A stretch of 64,000 bases of DNA from Candidatus Dojkabacteria bacterium (lineage in GTDB: Bacteria; Patescibacteriota; Dojkabacteria; SC72). Of this stretch, positions 56,835 through 64,000 are shown piece after piece (the stretch's first letter is position 1; the number at the start of each line of letters is the position of its first letter). The notes under the pieces were generated by a model, which worked only from the letters and a program-made list of their open reading frames with translations, was not told the origin of the DNA and made no database searches. The stretch covers positions 453,744 through 517,743 of the forward strand of contig JBMNHC010000001.1 in the NCBI GenBank assembly GCA_050950165.1. Reading direction: 5' to 3'. The position numbers and the translations under genes are program-made.

Positions 56835-57641
56835 GTGTTAGGTTGGTTTTCTACTATTAAGAGTTTTATCATGGGAATTAACCCACTGTTTGTTCTTCTG
56901 TTTGTATTTTTTGTTGGTCTTTATGTATTCTGGAGGGGTAGTGCTGAGTCTAGAAAGAATAGGTCTTCTGTATTTGATATGTTTTTTATATCCGGTTTTC
57001 TAAGTTCAGTAGTTGGTAGAGTAGTTTATATCATTGTGGAGTGGGCTAAGTTCTCATCTTTCATATGGTATTGGATCCCTTATGAAAAATATGGAGAGAA
57101 GATATTCCTCTTTAGATTACTTCCGTGGAGATTTTTTGCTATCTGGGATGGTGGACTAGTCATACTTGCTATGTTTGTATCTATGATTATTTTTATGACT
57201 ATCTATGCATTAGTAATTAAAAAATGGAAATGGAAACATATGTTCTTCCCTATATATTTCTCATCTTCTATGATGTTGGGTCTAACATTTGTTTTAACAG
57301 GTGTTGCAGATGAGTTTACAGATTGGATATATAAGGGGGTGATATTAATTTCATTCTTAGTAGTATTTTTTGTTCTATACAAGGTTATATATATAATAGT
57401 GAAGAAACCTTTAAGAGAGAAACTCCTTATTGGATATCTAGGTCTTTTAATAACATGGATATCTTCAGCATATATTGCGTATATATATATAGTAGATGAT
57501 CTCTCAGTGTATGAGGATGTACTTCTTCTGATATTTGTACTTTGGTCATTGGTAATGGGAATATTCTTCTTAATTGATTTAAGAAGGCCTAATTTAAAAA
57601 TAGAGACAAGATCCACGATTAGATCAGTCAGTATTTCTTAG
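56835..57641 (+). CDS. Lgt-like (prolipoprotein diacylglyceryl transferase-like) membrane protein, divergent
   Basis: GR..YI and AIWDGGL patterns; directly upstream of lspA. Confidence 0.55.
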   Translation: MLGWFSTIKSFIMGINPLFVLLFVFFVGLYVFWRGSAESRKNRSSVFDMFFISGFLSSVVGRVVYIIVEWAKFSSFIWYWIPYEKYGEKIFLFRLLPWRFFAIWDGGLVILAMFVSMIIFMTIYALVIKKWKWKHMFFPIYFSSSMMLGLTFVLTGVADEFTDWIYKGVILISFLVVFFVLYKVIYIIVKKPLREKLLIGYLGLLITWISSAYIAYIYIVDDLSVYEDVLLLIFVLWSLVMGIFFLIDLRRPNLKIETRSTIRSVSIS

Positions 57642-57642
57642 T

Positions 57643-58041
57643 ATGAGAGTAGGTAGATATATATTAGTAATTTCTCTTTTAATATCTTTTATTAATTTTT
57701 GCTTACCGTATGTTTTAGATATCGAATGTATTGAGAATAGGGGTGTTGCTTTTGGTTTAGTTATTGAAAAGGTTTGGATATTTATTCTAATTGTTCTTCT
57801 TTTACTTCTCTTTCTTAGTTTTATCACAAGAGGAATTCTTAGGTATCTATTTTTCAGTATTGTTGTACTAGGTATGACTAATCTAGTAGAGAGATTAATT
57901 AATGGATATATCTGTGATTACATTACTTTCTTTAATCTTTCTATTAACTTAGTGGATATATCCCTTACTATCTTGGTAATATTTACTATTCTAATTCTTT
58001 TAAAAGGAGGCTATGGAGATACAGATAGAGAGAGAAAGTGA
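57643..58041 (+). CDS. lspA: Lipoprotein signal peptidase II
   Basis: N.GVAFG, NLVER...G...DY, NL.D; lspA-rluD synteny. Confidence 0.8.
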   Translation: MRVGRYILVISLLISFINFCLPYVLDIECIENRGVAFGLVIEKVWIFILIVLLLLLFLSFITRGILRYLFFSIVVLGMTNLVERLINGYICDYITFFNLSINLVDISLTILVIFTILILLKGGYGDTDRERK

Positions 58042-58978
58042 TGGTAAGAGGGTAGATATATATCTTTTTGAGCTTTTAAACAGAGAGGGTATATATATTA
58101 CGAGAAATATTGTACAGAATTTCTTGTCTAAGGGGTGCAAAGTAAATGGTAAAGGTTGTAAAAAGTCTTACAAGTTGAAAGAAGGAGATCTATTCTCTGT
58201 AGATATTGCATATTGGAAAGAGTTAATATCCAATTTGGATTTGAGTGAGAAGATATTACCACAGAAAGGTAATTTAGATATTAGGTATGAGGATAGTGAT
58301 TTAATTGTTCTGTACAAACCTAAGGGTTTAATTGTACATCCTGGTGTAGGGAATGTGGATGGTACATTAGCCAATCATATCCGCCACTATTTAGAGTTTA
58401 AAGGTGAGTATGACAAACTAGTCGAGAGAGGAGGGATTGTTCATAGATTGGATAAGGGGGTTAGTGGTTTAATGGTTGTTGCTAAGAACAAAAGGATACA
58501 GGAATATTTAAAAAGTCTTTTCAAAAATCGAGAGGTAATTAAGATATATAGGGCTAGGGTGGAGGTAGTAGGTAATGGTTCTAAGTATACAGAATTTGAA
58601 CAGAATATTGATATCAAAAAATATCTTTTAGAGATGAATATATCTTTTGAACCTTGGAAAGAGTGGACTAATGTGAGAGGATATATCGGTAGATCAAGAA
58701 AAAACAGGTATAAGATGGAGTTTAGACCGTATGAGTTTGTTGGTTCTAAGTATGCTCTAAGCTATATCCTAAAGTCTACAGATGAGGTGTTGATAAAGAT
58801 AGAGACAGGAAGAATGCATCAAATTAGAGCTACACTGGAGTATTTTAATCTGCATATTCTAGGAGACTCTCTATACGGTACAACAAAAGAAGATGAAAAA
58901 AGAGATGGTATGGAATTGGAGTCAGTTCTCTTAAGTTTTAAGAGTGTAGATGGTAATAGATTAACTTTTAGAGTTTAG
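58013..58978 (+). CDS. RluA/RluD family pseudouridine synthase with S4-like domain
   Basis: KPKGL.VHPG, GIVHRLDK..SG, ETGR.HQIR, ILGD.LYG. Confidence 0.93.
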   Translation: MEIQIERESDGKRVDIYLFELLNREGIYITRNIVQNFLSKGCKVNGKGCKKSYKLKEGDLFSVDIAYWKELISNLDLSEKILPQKGNLDIRYEDSDLIVLYKPKGLIVHPGVGNVDGTLANHIRHYLEFKGEYDKLVERGGIVHRLDKGVSGLMVVAKNKRIQEYLKSLFKNREVIKIYRARVEVVGNGSKYTEFEQNIDIKKYLLEMNISFEPWKEWTNVRGYIGRSRKNRYKMEFRPYEFVGSKYALSYILKSTDEVLIKIETGRMHQIRATLEYFNLHILGDSLYGTTKEDEKRDGMELESVLLSFKSVDGNRLTFRV

Positions 58979-58980
58979 TA

Positions 58981-60189
58981 ATGGTAAAAAGAGCAAAAAG
59001 ATATAAAGGGACTAAAAGTAAGTTTGTTTTTAATTTCAATTTTAACTGGAAAAGGTTCTCTGTTATTCTTCTGTTTGTTTTAATATCTGCATTTACTATT
59101 TATAGATATTTTGAGTTTGTTAACATTCAACTTAAAGATCCCGTTAAGGAGTATGAAACAGTACAATATCTTTTGAGAAGATATCCAGACTCTTTTAAAA
59201 GGACTCTTGTAGTGTTTGAAGATGAAGAGGAGGGAGAGGAAAAGGTAAAGCATGTGTATCTTTATGCGCATAACTCTGTAAAGAATATGTCTGTTTTAAT
59301 ATATATTCCTAATTGGGTTCTCTATACAGGAATGGAGGGTGACTTTGGTAGTGCTGTAGCGATTGCAGGTTTTAGATATGCAGGAGAGTTTAAACAACAG
59401 GGTAGGGGTGTAGAGTATGCTATTTGGCAGTTAGAGGAGCTTTTGGGTATGAAGATAGATGAGTATATCTGGTTTGATTCTAGTTCTTTCTTAGCTTTTA
59501 AAGAGGGTTTAGGAGATATCTCTCCTAATACTTCTTTTGCACAATATTACAAAAATGGAGGTGAGATATCAGATAGTGTGTTTTTCTTTAATAGCTTTGT
59601 GTCTAAATTAAATTGGTTTAACCTGTTATTTTCAGATAGTAGGTTTAGTAATTTTAATCCTACAATATATTCTTCCTACTTTACCTTTCCTCAAGTTATT
59701 GCAGAACTAAGAAAGATTAATACTAGTATTTTAAATATAAAGCCTTATGTAATTGATTTAGGTCTTTCACAATATCTTCTTCAAAAGGAGTACGAGGAAG
59801 AAGGTGGTATTAAAAACTATCTTCTACCTCAGGCATTTGATACTGTTTGGAGAGAGAAAACAGAGAGAATGTATGAGAAAGAGATGGAGAGAGAGAGAGT
59901 TAGAATCGAGGTTTACAATGGAAGTAATATCTCGGGTAAAGCGTATTCATTTGGTAGAAAGATTTCTAATTCAGGAGCAGAGGTAGTTAGGTTTGATAAT
60001 GCACCGTCTGTAGAGGATAGTACAAAATTCTATGTTCCTAATATGCAAGATTTTGATTACTCATTTAAAGTAGTAGAGGATCTGTTTCCTGGTAAGTATG
60101 AACTTATTGAAGGTAGACCTTCTTTTATGACAACAGGAGATATTGTCATTATCTTAGGTAAAGATATATCTACGATGTTTTCATTCTAG
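58981..60189 (+). CDS. LCP-like protein with LytR_C domain
   Basis: N-terminal TM, degenerate LCP core (..IP..., LG..ID.Y), C-terminal IEVYNGS..SG.A...DI..ILG.D. Confidence 0.75.
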   Translation: MVKRAKRYKGTKSKFVFNFNFNWKRFSVILLFVLISAFTIYRYFEFVNIQLKDPVKEYETVQYLLRRYPDSFKRTLVVFEDEEEGEEKVKHVYLYAHNSVKNMSVLIYIPNWVLYTGMEGDFGSAVAIAGFRYAGEFKQQGRGVEYAIWQLEELLGMKIDEYIWFDSSSFLAFKEGLGDISPNTSFAQYYKNGGEISDSVFFFNSFVSKLNWFNLLFSDSRFSNFNPTIYSSYFTFPQVIAELRKINTSILNIKPYVIDLGLSQYLLQKEYEEEGGIKNYLLPQAFDTVWREKTERMYEKEMERERVRIEVYNGSNISGKAYSFGRKISNSGAEVVRFDNAPSVEDSTKFYVPNMQDFDYSFKVVEDLFPGKYELIEGRPSFMTTGDIVIILGKDISTMFSF

Positions 60190-60233
60190 GGTTATTTAAA
60201 ATATCTCATTTCTAATGTAGAATATTGATTACT

Positions 60234-62714
60234 ATGTTAACTGTTTTAGGAATTTTACTTTTACTTTCTCTAATCTTTGTTCTTTTTGTACTTTTTGTTG
60301 TAAACAGGAAGAAAGAAGAGGAGATAGATATGTTAGAAGAGATACGAAATCCTCTAGTTATGCAGATACTTGTTCCTAGAGAGAATGATAAGACACCTCT
60401 TGCAGCAGAGCAGATGTTTGCCTCTATTCATGGTATTTTAGGTGATTCTATTAAATCTTTTGATCTGATTAGTTTTGAGATCTCATCTAGTGGAGATGAG
60501 GGTATTAAATTCTATGTTGTAATTCCTCAGCATCTTGCTAAGTTTGTAGAGGGTCAGATATATGCTCAGTATCCTAACGCAGATATTACATATACCACGG
60601 ATTACTGTGAGAGGAAGAATTCAGAGATGAAACTTTTTGTAACTACTGGGGAGGTAGAGCTAGAGAAGGATTTTATCTTTCCAATTAAAACGTTTAGAAA
60701 CTTTGAAGTTGATCCTTTGGCAGCAATTACAGGAGCGGTTTCAGACTTAAAGCTAGGAGAGCATGCTTGGATTCAGATTATTGTTAGACCTGTTTCTAAC
60801 TATTGGCAGGGTAGTTCTAAAAAATATATTATGGCAATTAGAGAGGGTAAGAATCCTTACGGAGAGAGTTTCTGGGACAAAATATCTTTACTTTTACAGA
60901 GTATAGGGAAGAGTCTTTCTGAAAGTAGTAGTAGTGAGCCACAAAGAAAAGAGGTTGTAAAATTAGAGCCTGGGCAGGAGGAAGAGCTTTCGGAGATTGA
61001 AAACAAGATGTTAAAGTTAGGTTTTGAGTTTTGTATTAGGGTTGTTACAAAGGCACCTACACAGATAGAGTCGGAGCAGATATTGAGAGATATTGTAGCT
61101 AGTTTTAAACAGTTTACTACAGCACATTTGAATAGTTTTGTACACTCTGTTCCTACTAAGGATGGAGTGGAGATGTATGCTGACTTTATCAAAAGATATC
61201 TCTCTAGGGAGACGGTAGATATATTGAATATTGAGGAGTTAGCTTCTCTTTACCATATGCCTAATATTTCAGTAGAGACTCCCAATATTGCATGGAGTAG
61301 GTCTAAGAAGTTAGAGCCTCCTATGAATCTTCCTAAGGCAGTTGATGATGGTGTTACTGTTTTTGCGGAAACAGATTACAGAGGAGCAAAGGAAGAGTTT
61401 GGTATTAAGAGAGAGGATAGGAGGAAGCATTTTTACATTTTAGGAAAAACAGGTGTAGGTAAGTCTACTGTATTTAAGAACATGTTTATCTCTGACATAC
61501 TCAGAGGTGAGGGAGCATGTATTGTAGATCCTCACGGTGAGCTAGTAGAAGAGTTGTTAGACTTTATTCCTCCTGAGAGAGTAGAGGATGTAATATATTT
61601 TAATCCTACAGATACACAATATCCAATAGGTTTTAACCTTTTAGAGTTAGAGGATAAGTCTCAGAGAGATTTAATAGCGGATGGTGTTGTAGAGGTGTTT
61701 AAGAAGCAGTTTGGAGATTCCTGGGGTCCTAGATTGCAATATATTTTGACTAATACTGTAGCTACTGCACTGGAGGCACAAAATACTACACTTCTTTCTG
61801 TGCCTCGTCTGCTTACAGATAAAAACTACCGTAAATTTATCCTAAAGCATGTAGATGATCCGATATTAATAAAGTTCTGGGAGGATGAGTTTGCTCAGAT
61901 GAGTCAGAATCAGAAACTTTTAGCAGAGGCTATCTCTCCGATACAAAACAAGGTGGGTCGTTTTATCTCTTCTGCTGTAACAAGGAATATAATAGGGCAG
62001 GTTAAGTCTACGATAGATTTGAGAGAGATAATGGATAGTAAAAAGATTTTGCTTGTTAATCTTGCACAGGGTAGGCTTGGTGAGGAGACAGCGTCTCTTC
62101 TTGGGGGTATGATAATTACTAGGTTACAATCTACAGCTCTTGAGAGAGTGGATATGCCTGCGGATGAGAGAAATGACTTTTTCTTGTTTGTAGATGAGTT
62201 TCAGAATTTTGCAACAGATTCTTTTGCTAAGATTCTTTCAGAGGCAAGAAAGTTTAGGTTAGATCTTTGTATGACTAATCAATATATTGATCAGCTTCCT
62301 TTAACTGTTAGACAAGCGATATTTGGTAATGTTGGTACTTTGGGTTCTTTTGTAGTTAGTCAGTCGGATGCAGCTGTACTTGAGAAGGAGTTTGCTCCTA
62401 ATGTGTCTTCTGCTGATTTAGTTTCTTTAGATGCTCACTCCATGTACATTAAGTTATGTATTGATGGTATGACATCAAATACTTTTAGTGCTAGGTCTTT
62501 GCCTCCTAGGTTTGAGCCTTTTGGCCTTAGAGAGAGGGTAGTTGCTCACTCTAGAGAGATGTATGGTGTTCCTAAGGAGGTAATTGAAGAGAAGATTGTT
62601 AGGTGGAGTAATCAGGCATATAGTGAGAAGGGTAATAGGTCGGTTGCAAAGAAAGAGAAGGTGTCTGTTAAAAAGCAGGATGATGGTCAGTATGAGATAG
62701 AGATTAAGGAGTAA
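60234..62714 (+). CDS. VirB4/TraG-like (HerA/FtsK superfamily) ATPase with N-terminal TM
   Basis: HFYILGKTGVGKS, DPHG, LFVDEFQNF, ILSEARK. Confidence 0.85.
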   Translation: MLTVLGILLLLSLIFVLFVLFVVNRKKEEEIDMLEEIRNPLVMQILVPRENDKTPLAAEQMFASIHGILGDSIKSFDLISFEISSSGDEGIKFYVVIPQHLAKFVEGQIYAQYPNADITYTTDYCERKNSEMKLFVTTGEVELEKDFIFPIKTFRNFEVDPLAAITGAVSDLKLGEHAWIQIIVRPVSNYWQGSSKKYIMAIREGKNPYGESFWDKISLLLQSIGKSLSESSSSEPQRKEVVKLEPGQEEELSEIENKMLKLGFEFCIRVVTKAPTQIESEQILRDIVASFKQFTTAHLNSFVHSVPTKDGVEMYADFIKRYLSRETVDILNIEELASLYHMPNISVETPNIAWSRSKKLEPPMNLPKAVDDGVTVFAETDYRGAKEEFGIKREDRRKHFYILGKTGVGKSTVFKNMFISDILRGEGACIVDPHGELVEELLDFIPPERVEDVIYFNPTDTQYPIGFNLLELEDKSQRDLIADGVVEVFKKQFGDSWGPRLQYILTNTVATALEAQNTTLLSVPRLLTDKNYRKFILKHVDDPILIKFWEDEFAQMSQNQKLLAEAISPIQNKVGRFISSAVTRNIIGQVKSTIDLREIMDSKKILLVNLAQGRLGEETASLLGGMIITRLQSTALERVDMPADERNDFFLFVDEFQNFATDSFAKILSEARKFRLDLCMTNQYIDQLPLTVRQAIFGNVGTLGSFVVSQSDAAVLEKEFAPNVSSADLVSLDAHSMYIKLCIDGMTSNTFSARSLPPRFEPFGLRERVVAHSREMYGVPKEVIEEKIVRWSNQAYSEKGNRSVAKKEKVSVKKQDDGQYEIEIKE

Positions 62715-62724
62715 TATAGAATTG

Positions 62725-62822
62725 CAGAACACCCCATAGTATGATATAATGCCATATATTCAATATCTTAGTATGTTCAATAGGGGAACTTTTTACATAT
62801 GTATGTTTAAGGTTCCCCTTTA
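62725..62822. repeat. Dispersed intergenic repeat, long copy with hairpin
   Basis: Same terminal blocks as 36795..36835 with 57 extra bp; AGGGGAAC/GTTCCCCT inverted repeat. Confidence 0.85.
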
Positions 62823-62881
62823 GTCTTTTAAGATATATATCCTTTGTGATAGAATAGTGTGTTAATATTGTATTTCTGTAT

Positions 62882-63661
62882 ATGTCAGGACATTCTAAGT
62901 GGTCTACGATTAGACATAAAAAAGCAATTAATGATGCTAAAAAAGGCAAGATTTTTTCTAAACTCTCTACACAGATAACTCATGCAGCTAGACAAGGTGG
63001 AGCTGATCCACAGATGAATCCTAGTTTAAGATTGTATGTTGATAAAGCTAAAAGTGTGGGATTTCCTGTTGATAGTATAGAGAGGGCAATTGCTAAAGGA
63101 GTAGGTGAAGGAGGAGGTCTTTCTTTTGAAGAAGTAGTGTATGAAGGTTTCGGTCCTCATGGAGTACAACTTCTAATTGATACTTTGACGGATAATAAGA
63201 ATAGGACTGTTTCAGATTTAAGAAAACTACTTGAAGAAGTAGGTGGTACTCTTAGTGCTGAAGGTTCAGTTTCTTGGAATTTTGATACAAAGGGATTAGT
63301 AATACTTAAAGCTGGTCGTATGCAAGAGGCAGAAAAATATGGTCAGGAGGATACATATATTGCAGAGGATAGGGAGAAAGTGATGTTAGATGTAATGGAT
63401 ATTGAGGGTGTTGAAGATATTAAGGAGATAGATATTGATGGTGTAGAAGGGTTAGAAGTATATACCTCTTACAATGCACTAGCTAAAGTTAGAGATGCAA
63501 TCTCTGATTTAGGGTATGTTGTAGAAGAGGCAGAGATAGTTAAAGAGTCAAAGACTAAAAAGAGATTAGAAGGTAAAGAGCTAGAAGATGTGAAGAGTGC
63601 ATTAGAGAGAATAGAGGACAGTGATGATGTACAGAGTGTGTGGAGTGATTTAGAAGAGTAG
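62882..63661 (+). CDS. yebC: YebC/PmpR family protein
   Basis: MSGHSKWSTI.HKK, YEG.GP.G, TDNKNRT. Confidence 0.96.
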   Translation: MSGHSKWSTIRHKKAINDAKKGKIFSKLSTQITHAARQGGADPQMNPSLRLYVDKAKSVGFPVDSIERAIAKGVGEGGGLSFEEVVYEGFGPHGVQLLIDTLTDNKNRTVSDLRKLLEEVGGTLSAEGSVSWNFDTKGLVILKAGRMQEAEKYGQEDTYIAEDREKVMLDVMDIEGVEDIKEIDIDGVEGLEVYTSYNALAKVRDAISDLGYVVEEAEIVKESKTKKRLEGKELEDVKSALERIEDSDDVQSVWSDLEE

Positions 63662-63678
63662 AAAGTGTAAAATATACT

Positions 63679-64000
63679 ATGAGAATATTAGGGATAGATC
63701 CAGGGCTCGCTATTGTAGGTTGGTCTGTTGTTGATTTTGATAAAAAGGGAAATCACAGTGCAGTAGATTTTGGTGCTATTCTTACAAAGAAGGATATGAG
63801 TGTTGGAGAGAGATTACAAGAGATATATGATGATCTTAATCATATTGTTGATAAATTTAAGCCAGATTGTTGTGGGTTAGAGACTCTCCTCTTTTATAAC
63901 AATGCTAGAACAGCTATGGTTGTAGGAGAGGCAAGGGGTATAGTGAGACTTGTTTTGCAGAGAGCTAATATCCCTGTTTATGAGTTTACTCCTTTGCAGG
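63679..64000 (+). CDS. ruvC: Holliday junction resolvase RuvC (truncated by window end)
   Basis: MRILGIDPGLA.VGW...ERL..IY...E.L.F..N......VGEARG...EFTP; follows yebC. Not in the ORF track. Confidence 0.93.
   Translation, partial: MRILGIDPGLAIVGWSVVDFDKKGNHSAVDFGAILTKKDMSVGERLQEIYDDLNHIVDKFKPDCCGLETLLFYNNARTAMVVGEARGIVRLVLQRANIPVYEFTPLQ

Noticed and set aside
58001-58015. AAGGAGG before the pseudouridine synthase start as a second strong SD
   Set aside because: Only 2 nt from the ATG and inside lspA coding sequence (Lys-Gly-Gly); spacing is too short for a functional SD.
2668-62949. Many short ORFs antisense to or overlapping real genes (e.g. 3714..4016, 8322..8711, 39533..40081, 57203..57616, 62704..62949)
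   Set aside because: Shadow frames of well-supported genes with Ser/Ile/Phe-rich composition typical of antisense reading; no motifs.
1-64000. Alternative genetic code (UGA recoding as in Gracilibacteria/SR1)
   Set aside because: Conserved genes read full length under code 11, Trp is TGG, and radC ends at TGA at its expected C-terminus.

Overview
Gene-dense, AT-rich bacterial chromosome segment read with the standard code. Gene content, mostly SD-less starts and an archaeal-type AMP phosphorylase/R15P isomerase pair suggest a Patescibacteria (CPR) genome, possibly Dojkabacteria/WS6 (inference). Most of the window is housekeeping: mreBCD-PBP2, topA, rpsB-tsf-frr-rseP, rpsU-yqeY-ybeY-pth, mfd, dnaX-ybaB-recR-cysS-rnhC, a CCA enzyme, ychF, rpsF-ssb-rpsR, ctpA, htrA, prfA/prmC/rpmE, dnaB, lspA, yebC and ruvC, plus 5 tRNAs. 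No CRISPR array, prophage or transposase was seen. The best leads are: (1) two tandem Cys-rich surface-protein genes with near-identical 5' and 3' DNA flanks around divergent cores, a cassette-exchange-like layout; (2) ribosomal protein S2 fused to an RNAP alpha-CTD-like HhH domain; (3) a perfect Shine-Dalgarno site on rpsU among mostly SD-less genes, suggesting bS21 autoregulation; (4) a four-gene WxL/chaperone-like putative surface fibre operon; (5) an unannotated ~134-nt rod-shaped ncRNA (6S-like) with its own promoter; (6) a beta-CASP RNase/R15P isomerase/AMP phosphorylase operon; (7) an uncharacterised GlmL-like plus lipoyl-like gene pair; (8) a dispersed intergenic repeat present in a long and an internally deleted form. 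All calls are by eye; no database searches were run.
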